Shown piece by piece: positions 41,123-51,029 of a stretch of DNA of 64,000 nucleotides. The stretch is from contig CAWCKH010000004.1 of assembly GCA_963796055.1 (NCBI GenBank), positions 1,376,001 through 1,440,000 on the forward strand. Direction: 5' to 3'. The notes beneath the pieces are model-generated. The model was given only the letters and a program-made list of their open reading frames with translations. It did not search any database and was not told the origin of the DNA. This DNA comes from an uncultured delta proteobacterium (GTDB lineage: Bacteria > Myxococcota > Myxococcia > Myxococcales > Myxococcaceae). The number at the start of each line of letters is the position of its first letter. Position 1 is the first letter of the stretch. Both the position numbers and the translations under genes were made by a program.

Positions 41123-42636
41123 GCCGCCCTCGTCTGGCGCCGCTGGTCCTGGTCCTCCTCGCGCTGGGGTGTGCCTCGAGCAAGCCCGCGCAGCCTTCGG
41201 CCTCCGCCTCGCCGGCCTCGCCCCCACCGGATGCCTGGCGCTACACGCAGCCCACCTCCCTCGCCGCGGTGCCTCCGTTCCGGGCGCCGGTTCCGGTGCA
41301 GCGGTCACTGCCCAACCACCTTCCGGTCCTCCTGCGCGAGAACCACGCCGTTCCGGTGGTGGTGGTCGAGCTGGCGATCAAGACCGGGGTGGATGGAGAT
41401 CCGCCCGACAAGCCCGGCCTGGCCGACTTCTTGGCCGGGGTCCTGGACGAGGGCACCAAGAGCCGCACCAACCAGCAGCTGGCCGAGCAGCTGGAAGATC
41501 TCGCGGCGTCGCTGACCGTGAGCCCCGGGCTGGACGGGATCCGCCTTCACCTGAATTGCCTGTCGGAGACGCTGCAGCCTGCGCTCGAGCTGCTGGCGGA
41601 CGTGGCGCTGAACCCGGCCTTCCGCCCGGCCGACGTCGAGCGCGTCCGGGGCATCACCCTCACCGGCCTGGAGCAGAGGCGGGGCAACCCCGGTGCGCTG
41701 GCCAGCGACGAGGTCGCCCGGATTCTCTATGGCCCGAAGCACCCCTGGGGCCAGCCGGCCGGGGGCACGGTGGAGGCGGTGAAGGCCATCCGCCGGCCGG
41801 ACCTGGTGCGGTTCCACGACACCTACTTCCGGCCGAACAACGCCCTGCTCTCGGTCTCGGGCGACTTCGAGCCGGCGACCATCCTCCCGATCCTCGCCGA
41901 GCGATTCGGGGCCTGGCGGCCGAAGGTGGTGCCGCCGTCGCGCCTGCCTCCGTTCCCGAAGGAGGGCCCGCGCATGGTCATCACCGTGGACATGCCGGAC
42001 AGCACCCAGAGCCAGCTGGCGCTCGCCACCCGGACCATCTCCGCCACCCATCCCGACGCGCTGGCGCTCAGCACCGCCAACGTCGCGCTGGGAGGCCTCT
42101 TCACCAGCCGGCTGAACCAGCAGCTCCGGGAGGTCCGCGGGTGGACCTACGGGATGTTCAGCTCGGTGGGCTTCAACAAGCGCACCGGGGCGTTCCAGGT
42201 CCGGGGCTCGGTCGTGGCCTCGCACACCGTGGACGCGCTGAAGGACATCGAGGCGGTGGCGGGGAAGTACGCCACCGGGGACATCACCGACGACGAGCTG
42301 TCCCACTCCAAGGAGGGCATCCTCCAGTCGCTCCCGCAGGCGCTGGAGACCAACGACGCGGTGGCGAGCACCTTCGTCACCCTGTCCTTGATTGGCCGTC
42401 CGCTGGACTGGTACGCCACCCTGCCGGGGCGCCTGGGAGCGCTCCCCCGGGAAGAGGTGGCGCGGGCCTCGCGCGCGTACCTGGATCCGGCGAAGCTGCC
42501 GGTGGTGGTGGTGGGACCGAAGAAGAACCTGGAGGGGCTGGCGGAGCTGAAGCTCGGACCGGTCATCGACCGCACCGCCGAGGCGAAGGGGCTCGCCCCG
42601 CGGCCGCTGCCGGCGCCCGTGCCCGCGGCTCGCTGA
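41119..42636 (+). CDS. M16 protease, non-catalytic lipoprotein subunit
   Basis: Lipobox LALGC; no HxxEH motif; FTSRLNQQLREVRGWTYG R/Y motif; ATGA overlap. Confidence 0.9.
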   Translation: MSRPRLAPLVLVLLALGCASSKPAQPSASASPASPPPDAWRYTQPTSLAAVPPFRAPVPVQRSLPNHLPVLLRENHAVPVVVVELAIKTGVDGDPPDKPGLADFLAGVLDEGTKSRTNQQLAEQLEDLAASLTVSPGLDGIRLHLNCLSETLQPALELLADVALNPAFRPADVERVRGITLTGLEQRRGNPGALASDEVARILYGPKHPWGQPAGGTVEAVKAIRRPDLVRFHDTYFRPNNALLSVSGDFEPATILPILAERFGAWRPKVVPPSRLPPFPKEGPRMVITVDMPDSTQSQLALATRTISATHPDALALSTANVALGGLFTSRLNQQLREVRGWTYGMFSSVGFNKRTGAFQVRGSVVASHTVDALKDIEAVAGKYATGDITDDELSHSKEGILQSLPQALETNDAVASTFVTLSLIGRPLDWYATLPGRLGALPREEVARASRAYLDPAKLPVVVVGPKKNLEGLAELKLGPVIDRTAEAKGLAPRPLPAPVPAAR

Positions 42637-42669
42637 GCCGTCCGCTGTACGCCCTCCAGGGGGAGGAGC

Positions 42670-43101
42670 GTGATGGAGACCAAGGCGCTGCACCGGGGCC
42701 GGCTGATCGACCATGTTCACCTGGTGGTCGGGGACGTGGAGGCCAGCCGGCACTTCTACCGCGCGGTGCTCTCGGTGCTGGGCATCGGGCTCGGCGGCGA
42801 GGGAAAGGACTACTTCTGGGCGGACGAGCTGTTCGTCTCCAGCCCCGACAGCCGTGCTGCGCAGGGCGAGCGGACCGGCCGGGTGCACCTGGCCTTCCAG
42901 GCCCCGAACCGCGCGGCGGTGGAGGAGTTCCACCGCGTCGGCCTGGTGAACGGCGGGCGGAGCAACGGCGAGCCCGGGCTCCGGCCGTACCACCCCGGGT
43001 ACTACGCGGCGTTCCTGCTCGATCCGGACGGGAACAACGTCGAGGCGGTGTTCCACGGCCCCTCGACCCGCTCGGCGGAGTCGGTGGTGGTGCGGTTCTA
43101 G
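42670..43101 (+). CDS. VOC/glyoxalase family protein
   Basis: IDHVHLVV, VHLAF, YYAAFLLDPDGNNVEAV. Confidence 0.92.
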   Translation: MMETKALHRGRLIDHVHLVVGDVEASRHFYRAVLSVLGIGLGGEGKDYFWADELFVSSPDSRAAQGERTGRVHLAFQAPNRAAVEEFHRVGLVNGGRSNGEPGLRPYHPGYYAAFLLDPDGNNVEAVFHGPSTRSAESVVVRF

Positions 43102-43187
43102 CGGCTCGACCGCCCGCAGCCCTCGACCCTGCTCAGCCCCCCGCTCCGGACCCTCAGGAGCGGCGCAGGGGCGCCGCCCGACCATGC

Positions 43188-43913
43188 TCAGCGCTTCAGC
43201 GAGTACTTGGCGATGACGTAGAGCGCGCGCACGCCGTCCTTCCAGCCGATCTTCTTCCCTTCCTCGTAGGTGCGCCCGTGGTAGCTGATGGGCACCTCGT
43301 AGACCCGGGCACCGGTGCGGGCCACCTTGGCGGTGATCTCCGGCTCGAACCCGAAGCGGTCCTCGTCGATGGAGATGGACTGGATCAGCGCGCGGCGGAA
43401 CGCCTTGTAGCAGGTCTCCATGTCGGTCAGGTTCAGGCCCGAGGTCATGTTGGAGAGCGTGGTGAGCCCCCAGTTCACCACCGCGTGCCAGTAGTAGAGC
43501 ACCCGGCGCGTCTCACCGATGAAGCGGCTGCCGTACACCACGTCGGCGTGGCCATCGAGGATGGGGGCCACCAGGCGGGGAATCTCGCGGGGGTCGTACT
43601 CGAGGTCGGCGTCCTGCACGACCACCACCTCCCCGCTGGCCTCGGCGAAGCCGCGCCGGAGCGCCGCACCCTTCCCCCGGTTCGTCTCCTGGAAGAGTAC
43701 GTGCAGCTTGTTCTCGTTGACCGGGCGGGCGCCGGGGAGGCCGTCGAGCCCGCGCTCCGCCAGGCGCAGCAGCACCTCGCGGCTGCCGTCGGTGGAGCAG
43801 TCGTCGATGACGACCAGCTCCTTCGGCATGTCCACCGCCACCACGCGGCGGAGCAGCTCCTCCAAGGTGCCCTTCTCGTTGTAAACGGGGATGACCAGCG
43901 AGACCATCGGCAT
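43188..43913 (-). CDS. GT2 glycosyltransferase (DPM synthase-like)
   Basis: VIPVYNE, DDCSTDG, NRGKGAA, QDADLEYDP, GSRF, DMETCYK. Confidence 0.93.
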   Translation of the reverse strand: MPMVSLVIPVYNEKGTLEELLRRVVAVDMPKELVVIDDCSTDGSREVLLRLAERGLDGLPGARPVNENKLHVLFQETNRGKGAALRRGFAEASGEVVVVQDADLEYDPREIPRLVAPILDGHADVVYGSRFIGETRRVLYYWHAVVNWGLTTLSNMTSGLNLTDMETCYKAFRRALIQSISIDEDRFGFEPEITAKVARTGARVYEVPISYHGRTYEEGKKIGWKDGVRALYVIAKYSLKR

Positions 43914-43930
43914 CGGCCGACCCTTAGCAG

Positions 43931-44815
43931 ATGAACGAACCCCGGTGGCTCTCCGCGCAGTTTCCGTACCCTTCGCGAGCGGACAGCGTCCCCGGAGGAA
44001 CGATGGCCTGGGTCGAATCTGGACGCGGACGTGACGTGGTCTGCGTGCACGGCAACCCCACCTGGAGCTTCGTCTGGAGGAAGGTGATGGCCGCGCTGGA
44101 CGGGCAACGGCTGCACCTGCTCGCTCCGGATCTCCTCGGCTGTGGACGGAGCTCGAAGCCGCGGGCGGTGGCCTGGCACACGCTGGACCGGCACGCCGCG
44201 GCCCTGGAGGCGTGGATGGAGGCGCGGCGGCTGGTGGACCCCATCCTGGTGGTGCAGGACTGGGGCGGACCCATCGGCCTGCTCGCCGCGTCGCGGTCCT
44301 CGGTCCGCGTGTCGGCGGTGTGCCTGCTGAACACGGGGGTGGTGCTCCCCGGGCGGTTCCGCGGAACGCTCTTCCACCGGCTGTCGCGCACCCCGGTCCT
44401 CGCGCCGGTGCTCTTCCGGGGCCTGGGCTTTCCGCTGCAGGCCCTGGCCCGCGTGCAGGGCGACCCACGCTCCATCTCCGGCGACGTGGCGCGGGCGTAC
44501 CGCTGGCCCTTTCGCACGCTGGCCGATCGGGCCGCCCCGCTCGGGCTTGCGCGGATGGTGCCGGACTCGGCGACGCACCCCAGCGTGCCCGGGCTGAGGG
44601 CCGCCGACGGGTGGATCCGTGCCTTCCCCGGCCCGGTGGAGCTGGTCTGGGGCCGGAAGGATCCGCTCCTGGGGCGCGCACTCCGTCGCCACGCCGAGCA
44701 GCTGCCCCGGGCCCGGGTCACCGAAACCGACGCCGGGCACTTCCTCCAGGAGGAGGTCCCGGACATCATCGCCCGGAGCATCCGGCGGCTCGCCGGGATG
44801 CCGGAGACCCCGTGA
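43931..44815 (+). CDS. Alpha/beta hydrolase, haloalkane dehalogenase-like
   Basis: HGNPTWS, PDLLGCGRS, QDWGG nucleophile, AGHFLQE. Confidence 0.85.
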   Translation: MNEPRWLSAQFPYPSRADSVPGGTMAWVESGRGRDVVCVHGNPTWSFVWRKVMAALDGQRLHLLAPDLLGCGRSSKPRAVAWHTLDRHAAALEAWMEARRLVDPILVVQDWGGPIGLLAASRSSVRVSAVCLLNTGVVLPGRFRGTLFHRLSRTPVLAPVLFRGLGFPLQALARVQGDPRSISGDVARAYRWPFRTLADRAAPLGLARMVPDSATHPSVPGLRAADGWIRAFPGPVELVWGRKDPLLGRALRRHAEQLPRARVTETDAGHFLQEEVPDIIARSIRRLAGMPETP

Positions 44816-45630
44816 CCCACCCGCTCGAACCGCTCGTGACCGCCGCCTACGCCGACCGCTCGCTGCTGGGGAAACCGGAGCATCGGTCCGCGGTGCTCGA
44901 GGCGATCGCCGGCCTCGACGACGGCTCGCTGCGGATCGCCGAGAAGGGGCCGGCAGGCTGGACGGTGAACGTGTGGCTCAAGGAGGCGGTGCTCCTCTAC
45001 TTCGCCATCTCCGAGATGAAGGTCTGGGAGGTGGGCCCGTTCGAGTTCCACGACAAGGTACCGCTGAAGAAGGGCCTGGCGAAGGCGGGCGTCCGGGTGG
45101 TGCCACCCGGGGTAGTGCGTTACGGGGCGCACGTCGAGCCGGGTGCGGTGGTGATGCCCGGCTACGTCAACATCGGCGCCCGGGTGGGGGCCGGGACCAT
45201 GGTGGACACCTGGGCCACCGTGGGCTCGTGCGCGCAGGTCGGCAAGGGCGTGCACCTGTCCGGGGGCGTGGGGCTGGGCGGGGTGCTCGAGCCGCCCGCG
45301 GCGCGGCCGGTCATCGTCGAGGACGGGGCGTTCATCGGCAGCCGGGCCGTCGTGGTGGAGGGGGTGGTGGTCGAGGAGGAGGCGGTGCTCGCGGCCAACA
45401 CCGTGCTCACCGCCACCACCCGCATCATCGACGTCACCGGGCCCGAGCCGCTCGAGTGGAGGGGCCGCGTGCCCGCGCGCAGCGTGGTCATCCCCGGGAG
45501 CGTGCCCCGGCAATTCCCCGCCGGCACCTACAGCGTGCCTTGCGCGCTGGTCATCGGCCAGCGCTCGGAGAGCACCGACAGGAAGACCTCGCTCAACCAG
45601 GCGCTCAGGGATTTCGCGGTGCCGGTGTGA
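44812..45630 (+). CDS. dapD: Tetrahydrodipicolinate N-succinyltransferase
   Basis: WLKEAVLLYF, DKVPLK, RVVP, VNIGA, MVDTWATVGSCAQ, HLSGGVG, KTSLN. Confidence 0.95.
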   Translation: MTHPLEPLVTAAYADRSLLGKPEHRSAVLEAIAGLDDGSLRIAEKGPAGWTVNVWLKEAVLLYFAISEMKVWEVGPFEFHDKVPLKKGLAKAGVRVVPPGVVRYGAHVEPGAVVMPGYVNIGARVGAGTMVDTWATVGSCAQVGKGVHLSGGVGLGGVLEPPAARPVIVEDGAFIGSRAVVVEGVVVEEEAVLAANTVLTATTRIIDVTGPEPLEWRGRVPARSVVIPGSVPRQFPAGTYSVPCALVIGQRSESTDRKTSLNQALRDFAVPV

Positions 45631-45714
45631 GCCGGAGCTTGCCGGTGCTGTGCTCGCCGCCGGTGCGCATCGACTGTGCTGGCCACGCCCCGCCGCGGTG
45701 AGCGAGAGTCGAAC

Positions 45715-46323
45715 ATGCACACTCTCTACGGCAACTCCACCTCCGGGAACTGCTGGAAGCCCGCGATGATGCTCCACGCTCGCGGCCTGCCGTTCCGCTG
45801 GATTGAGGTCGACATCCTCAAGGGAGAGAGCCGCACGCCCGAGTTTCTCCGCCTCAACCCGAACGGCCGCGTTCCCCTGCTGGTCCGGCCCGACGGACGC
45901 ACCCTGGCCGAGTCCAACGCGATGCTCGTGCACCTGGGCGAGGGGACGGAGTGGATCCCCTCCGACGCTTACCTCCGGGCCAAGATGTACGAGTGGCTCT
46001 TCTTCGAGCAGTACAGCCACGAGCCCTACGTCGCCACCGTGCGCTTCTGGGTGAGGTACGCCGGAAAGGCCGAGGAGAAGAAGCACGAGCTTCCCGAGCG
46101 GACCGCCCGTGGATACGCCGCGCTCGGGGTGATGGAGAAGGCGCTCTCCGCGGCGCCGTTCCTGGTCGGCGAGCGACCGACGCTCGCGGACATCACTCTC
46201 TACGCGTACACCCACGTCGCGCCCGAGGGGGGGTTCTCGCTGGACGACTACCCCGCCATCCGGCGGTGGCTGGACCGGGTTCCCACCCTGCCCGGCTTCG
46301 TCCCCATGCCCTTCCACGGGTGA
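45715..46323 (+). CDS. Glutathione S-transferase family protein
   Basis: SGNCWK, NPNGRVPLL, ESNA, FEQYSHEP, TLADI. Confidence 0.92.
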   Translation: MHTLYGNSTSGNCWKPAMMLHARGLPFRWIEVDILKGESRTPEFLRLNPNGRVPLLVRPDGRTLAESNAMLVHLGEGTEWIPSDAYLRAKMYEWLFFEQYSHEPYVATVRFWVRYAGKAEEKKHELPERTARGYAALGVMEKALSAAPFLVGERPTLADITLYAYTHVAPEGGFSLDDYPAIRRWLDRVPTLPGFVPMPFHG

Positions 46324-46363
46324 CGAGCTTGCTGGGCCCCGGGTCCCGGGGGACGCTCCTCCG

Positions 46364-47251
46364 GTGGTCCTTCCCTGGGAGCAGCTCCGCCTCGTGCTCG
46401 CCGTGGCCAGGCACGGGACGCTGTCCGGCGCCGCCCGGGCGCTGGGGCTGGCCCCCGACGCCTTCGAGGGCGCGTTGAAGGGGGTCGAGCGGGCTGCCGG
46501 CGCGGCGCTCTTCGTGCGCGAGGAGGGCCGTCTCCTCCCCACCGATGCCGGACGCAGCGCGATGCACACCGGCGAGCGCATGGCCGAGGAGATGGCGCGG
46601 GTGGACCGGGTGCTCCCCCGCGTTCCGCCCGGTCCGCCGGTCCGGGTCTGGCTGGACGAGGCGCTCGCGGCGCACTGGCTCCAGACCGCGGCGACGGACC
46701 TGACGCGGAAGCTCGGCAGCGTCACGCTCGAGCTCCTCACCGGGCGTGCCGGGCGACGGCAGGAGGTGGACCTGGAGGTGACGCCACACCGGGCAGGCGG
46801 GCACGTTCAACCGCCGCGTGCTCTGGGCACCATGGCCGACGCGCTCCATGCGTCCGAGGCCTACCTGCTCGACCACGGGCGTCCGTCCCGGCCCGACCAG
46901 CTCGTCGGACACCGGGTGGTGCTGCTCACCGGCACCGTGGGCCGTGGCAGCGCCGGCCGCTGGCTGCTGCGGGCCGCGCGGGCAGGGGCCCAGGTGGCCC
47001 TCCGGACCGACAGCATCCCGGTCTTCCTCTCCGCGGTGCACGCAGGGGTGGGGCTCGGCGTGCTCCCGCGCGGGTCGGAGGAGCTGGCGCCCGAGCTGGT
47101 GTGCATCTCGGCCCTCCCGGAGCTTCCGCCACGGCCGCTCTGGCTCGTGTTCCGGGGCGACGCCCGGCCGGGACCGCGGGTCCGCCGCGCGGCCCAGGTC
47201 CTCGAGCAGACGCTGGGGGCCGCGCTGCGCCGCTGGGAGCGGGCGGGCTGA
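46364..47251 (+). CDS. LysR-family transcriptional regulator (divergent)
   Basis: LAVARHGTLSGAARALG, LFVR, PTDAG, AGVGLGVLP. Confidence 0.82.
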   Translation: MVLPWEQLRLVLAVARHGTLSGAARALGLAPDAFEGALKGVERAAGAALFVREEGRLLPTDAGRSAMHTGERMAEEMARVDRVLPRVPPGPPVRVWLDEALAAHWLQTAATDLTRKLGSVTLELLTGRAGRRQEVDLEVTPHRAGGHVQPPRALGTMADALHASEAYLLDHGRPSRPDQLVGHRVVLLTGTVGRGSAGRWLLRAARAGAQVALRTDSIPVFLSAVHAGVGLGVLPRGSEELAPELVCISALPELPPRPLWLVFRGDARPGPRVRRAAQVLEQTLGAALRRWERAG

Positions 47252-47397
47252 TCCACGCCCGGCGGACCGGCAGGCCTACCAGAGGACCCCTGCGGCCATC
47301 ATCCCCAGCGCAGCTCTCATCCCTCGAGCCTCCCGTTTGCCCGCGCTCCGGCGCGCGTGGTACGCCCCCGGTGCGCAGAAACAGGACGGAACCCGTC

Positions 47398-47946
47398 ATG
47401 GCCCGAGCAGGACCGCGACCGTCAGGTGTCCTCGACGCTGGGACGCGGGACCATCTGTTCAGCGCTGCCTACGACGAGCTGCGGCGCCTGGCGGCCTCGG
47501 TTCGCCGTGACGACCCCAGCCGCACGCTCAGCCCCACTGCCCTGGTGAACGAGGCCTGGCTGAAGCTCGCCTCCTCGCCCGAGTTCGCAGCCACCTCGCC
47601 GGCGCACTTCAAGCGCATCGCCGCCCGCGCGATGCGGCAGGTGCTGGTGGAGGCGGCGCGGCGTCGCTCGGCGAGGAAGCGCGGCGGTGGAGCACCGTTG
47701 GTCACCTTCGACGAGGACACGTTGCCGCCGGAGGCCGGCTCGGAGCAGGTCCTGGCGCTGGACACCGCGCTGGAGGCCCTGGCCCGGCTGGAGCCGCGCC
47801 AGGCGCTCATCGTCGAGAGCCGCTTCTTCGGCGGGCTCGACGTCCGTGAGACCTGCGAGGTCCTCGGCATCTCCGAGGCCACCGTGTTGCGCGACTGGCG
47901 CGCGGCCCGCGCCTTTCTGGCCCATGAGCTTCGACAGACAGGCTGA
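47398..47946 (+). CDS. ECF sigma factor of the kinase-associated (ECF43/EcfK-like) type
   Basis: YDELRRLA, TLSPTALVNEAWLKL, AMRQVLV..ARRR.A.KRGG, RFFGGL, TVLRDW. Confidence 0.88.
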   Translation: MARAGPRPSGVLDAGTRDHLFSAAYDELRRLAASVRRDDPSRTLSPTALVNEAWLKLASSPEFAATSPAHFKRIAARAMRQVLVEAARRRSARKRGGGAPLVTFDEDTLPPEAGSEQVLALDTALEALARLEPRQALIVESRFFGGLDVRETCEVLGISEATVLRDWRAARAFLAHELRQTG

Positions 47947-50566
47947 GACGGGCCCGGCGCGCTGGCGCCGGGTACAGGATCTCTTCCATGCCGCGGCGGA
48001 TCTGCCCGCGGGCGACCAGCATGCGTTCCTCGAGGCGCGCTCCGGTGGCGACCCCGCGCTGGTCGCCGAGGTGGAGGCCCTGCTTCTCGAGGACCGCACG
48101 CCCGGCTCGTTCCTGGACCGCGCGCTCCCGGACCTGGCCGGTCACCTGCTCGGTCCCGACGCGCCGGGAACGGTGGGTCCCTACCGCGTCCTCCGTCTGC
48201 TGGGCGAGGGCGGGATGGGCGTCGTCTACCTGGTGGAGCGCGAGGACGTGGGCGGGCGCGCCGCGCTCAAGCTGCTCCGGGACGGATGGGTCTCGCCGTC
48301 GCGCCGGGCGCGGTTCCTCGCCGAGCAGCGCACGCTGGCCCAGCTCGAGCACCCCGGCATCGCCCAGCTGCACGACGCGGGGACGTTGCCCGACGGCACG
48401 CCCTGGTTCGCGATGGAGTACGTGGAGGGCGTCCCTCTCACCGAGTACTGCCGGGCGCGGGTCAGCGGGCTCGCCGAGCGGCTCCGGCTCTTCCGGGCGG
48501 TGTGCGAGGCGGTACAGCACGCGCACCGGCACGCCGTCATCCACCGGGACCTCAAACCTTCCAACATCCTGGTGAAGCCCGACGGCTCGGTGAAGCTCCT
48601 CGACTTCGGGATCGCCAAGCAGCTCGATCCCACCGGCTCCAGCACCGACCCGACGCGCACCGGGTTGCGTCTGATGACGCCCGCGTACGCCGCGCCCGAG
48701 CAGGTCGAGGGCGGCCGGCTGGGAGTGCAGACCGACGTGTATGCGCTGGGCGTGCTCCTCTTCGAGCTGCTCGCAGGACGGGTCCCGTTCGAGCTCACCG
48801 GGCTTTCACCGCACGAGGCGGCGCGCAAGGTGCTGGAGCAGGAGCCGGCGCGTCCCTCGGAGATCCCGGGCCGGCCGGTCCAGGCGGGCCGCGCGGCGTG
48901 GGCCGACCTCGACGTCCTCTGCCTCACCGCGATGCAGCGAGACCCGGCGCGCCGCTACCCGTCGGTGGAGGCGCTGATCCGGGACCTGGATCACCACCTC
49001 GCCGGGGAGCCGCTCGACGCCCGTCCCGACTCGCTGGCTTACCGCGCCGGCAAGCTCCTCCGGCGAAACGCCCGGTCGGTGCTGGTGGCCTCGGCGGTGG
49101 GCGTGCTCATCCTGGCGCTGACCGTGTTCTCCGCCATCCGGCTGGCACGCGCGCGCGACGCGGTGGCGGCCGAGGCCGCGCGGACCCAGCGCATCCAGCA
49201 GTTCATGCTCCAGCTCTTCGAGGGTGGGACCGGCGAGGTCGGGCCATCGGCCGATCTGCGGGTGGTGGACCTCCTGGACCGCGGGGTGCGCGAGGCCCAG
49301 TCGCTCGAGGGGGAACCGGCGGTGGAGGCCGAGCTGCTGCAGACGCTGGGAGGCATCGCGGTCAACCTCGGTCGGCTGGACCAGGCGGAGACGCTGCTCA
49401 CCCGGGCGCTGGAGCTCCGGCGGGCCGCGTTCGGCGACGACCACCCGGAGGTGGCGCGGTCGATGGTGGCCAGCGGTCAGCTCGCCAGCGCCCGGGGCCG
49501 GTACGACGACGCCGAGCGGCAGATCCGGGCCGGGCTGGCGATGCTCCGTCGTCACCGGTCGCGGGACGACCCCGAGGTGGCGCGTGCCATCTCGGCGCTG
49601 GGTCGTGTCCTGGAGAACGCGGGAAAGTACCCCGAGTCGATCCGTGAGCTGGAGGAGGCGGTCCGGCTCCAGTCCAGGCGGGCGGGGCTCGAGGCCGACC
49701 TCTCGCAGAGCCTCACCGAGCTGGCGAACAGCCAGTTCTACTCCGGCCGCTACGCCGAGGCCGATGCGCTGAACCAGCGGGTCCTGGCCATCGACCGCCG
49801 CCTCTACGGACCGCGGCATCCGCACGTCGCGGACGACCTCATCAACCTCGGGGCGGTGCAGCTCGAGGGCGGGCATTACGCCGAGGCCGAGCGCTGGGAC
49901 CGGGAGGCTCTGGAGATCATGAGCGCCTGGTACGGCCCTGACCACCCCGAGACCGCCTCGGCGCAGACTCTCCTCGCCCGGGCCCTGCTCAGGCTGGAGC
50001 GCCGCGACGAAGCCCGGGCGCTGCTGGTGACCGCGCTGGCGACGCAGGAGCGGGTGTATGGCCCCGTGCACCCGCGCGTGGCCTCGACCCTGAACGAGCT
50101 GGGGCTCATCGCCCGCGACCAGGGCCGGCTCGACGAGGCCGCTGGCCGCTTCGGACGGATGGCGGAGATCTACGAGGAGGTCCACCACGGGAATCACTAC
50201 CTGATCGGGGTGGCGCTCTCGAACCTCGCCGACGTGGAGCAGCGGCGCGGCAACGCGCCGCGCGCACAGGAGCTCTTCCGGCGCGTGCTCGCCGTGTACC
50301 GGGCGGCGCTGCCGGAGGACCATCCGCTGCAGGGCATCGCGCGGGTGCGCTTCGGTCACGCGCTCCTCGCCGCGGGCCAGGCTGCGGACGCGGAGGCCCA
50401 GAGCCGTGCCGGGTACGAGCTGCTGGTGAAGCGGAAGGACCCGCCCGCCAACTGGCTCACGACGGCGCGCCAGGACCTGGCCGCGGCGTACCGGGCGCTC
50501 GGTCGTCCGACCGAGGCAGAGCGGTTTCAAGCCGAGCTGGCCACGGCCGACGCCGCGCGCCGTTGA
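47924..50566 (+). CDS. Membrane Ser/Thr kinase with extracytoplasmic TPR repeats
   Basis: GEGGMG, ALK, HRDLKPSN, DFG, TPAYAAPE; one TM; many HPxxA kinesin-light-chain-type TPRs; overlaps the ECF gene. Confidence 0.94.
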   Translation: MSFDRQAETGPARWRRVQDLFHAAADLPAGDQHAFLEARSGGDPALVAEVEALLLEDRTPGSFLDRALPDLAGHLLGPDAPGTVGPYRVLRLLGEGGMGVVYLVEREDVGGRAALKLLRDGWVSPSRRARFLAEQRTLAQLEHPGIAQLHDAGTLPDGTPWFAMEYVEGVPLTEYCRARVSGLAERLRLFRAVCEAVQHAHRHAVIHRDLKPSNILVKPDGSVKLLDFGIAKQLDPTGSSTDPTRTGLRLMTPAYAAPEQVEGGRLGVQTDVYALGVLLFELLAGRVPFELTGLSPHEAARKVLEQEPARPSEIPGRPVQAGRAAWADLDVLCLTAMQRDPARRYPSVEALIRDLDHHLAGEPLDARPDSLAYRAGKLLRRNARSVLVASAVGVLILALTVFSAIRLARARDAVAAEAARTQRIQQFMLQLFEGGTGEVGPSADLRVVDLLDRGVREAQSLEGEPAVEAELLQTLGGIAVNLGRLDQAETLLTRALELRRAAFGDDHPEVARSMVASGQLASARGRYDDAERQIRAGLAMLRRHRSRDDPEVARAISALGRVLENAGKYPESIRELEEAVRLQSRRAGLEADLSQSLTELANSQFYSGRYAEADALNQRVLAIDRRLYGPRHPHVADDLINLGAVQLEGGHYAEAERWDREALEIMSAWYGPDHPETASAQTLLARALLRLERRDEARALLVTALATQERVYGPVHPRVASTLNELGLIARDQGRLDEAAGRFGRMAEIYEEVHHGNHYLIGVALSNLADVEQRRGNAPRAQELFRRVLAVYRAALPEDHPLQGIARVRFGHALLAAGQAADAEAQSRAGYELLVKRKDPPANWLTTARQDLAAAYRALGRPTEAERFQAELATADAARR

Positions 50567-50654
50567 GCCCTTCCTTCCATGGCCGGTGCACCGCGGCGAG
50601 GGGCCGACCAGCGCCCAGGTCGCAGCACGGGCAGGGGAACGTGCCGGCAGGCGA

Positions 50655-50810
50655 TCAGAGGATGACGCTGACCGCGGCTGGGGTCACCGCCGACTGGCGC
50701 AAGGCGAGCGGGTACCCGTCGAACACGGCAATGGTGCCGGCAACGAACATTGCCCAAAGAACGGTGAGCGCGATCCCAAAAGCGAAAAGGGAAACCGAAT
50801 TGCTCTTCAC
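50655..50810 (-). CDS. Small single-TM protein (51 aa)
   Basis: MKSNSVSLFAFGIALTVLWAMFVAGTIAVFDGYPLALRQSAVTPAAVSVIL, with purine-rich AGGAAGGAAGG before the GTG. Confidence 0.5.
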   Translation of the reverse strand: MKSNSVSLFAFGIALTVLWAMFVAGTIAVFDGYPLALRQSAVTPAAVSVIL

Positions 50811-51029
50811 GACAACCTTCCTTCCTGAGTCCACATCGATCTGACAGGGAAACCCCGCGGGCGCTCCTCCGAACGCACGGCGCCGAGGGCGTCGGCGCCG
50901 GCATGATCGTGGAAACCCGTCACGAGATCTCCGTCACGACCGCCTCCCAGGTGGTCCCGAGAGTCAGATGACGGTCCTGGAGGGGTTCCTGCGCATGGAC
51001 GGGAGGAACCGCCGCCGGAGGACCTCGCG

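Noticed and set aside
39761..42636. M16 pair with one subunit lacking HxxEH
   Set aside because: This is the standard heterodimeric M16B arrangement; not unusual.
43931..44815. OleB or a true haloalkane dehalogenase
   Set aside because: Only family-level motifs are present, there are no oleA/C/D neighbours, and the substrate cannot be inferred.
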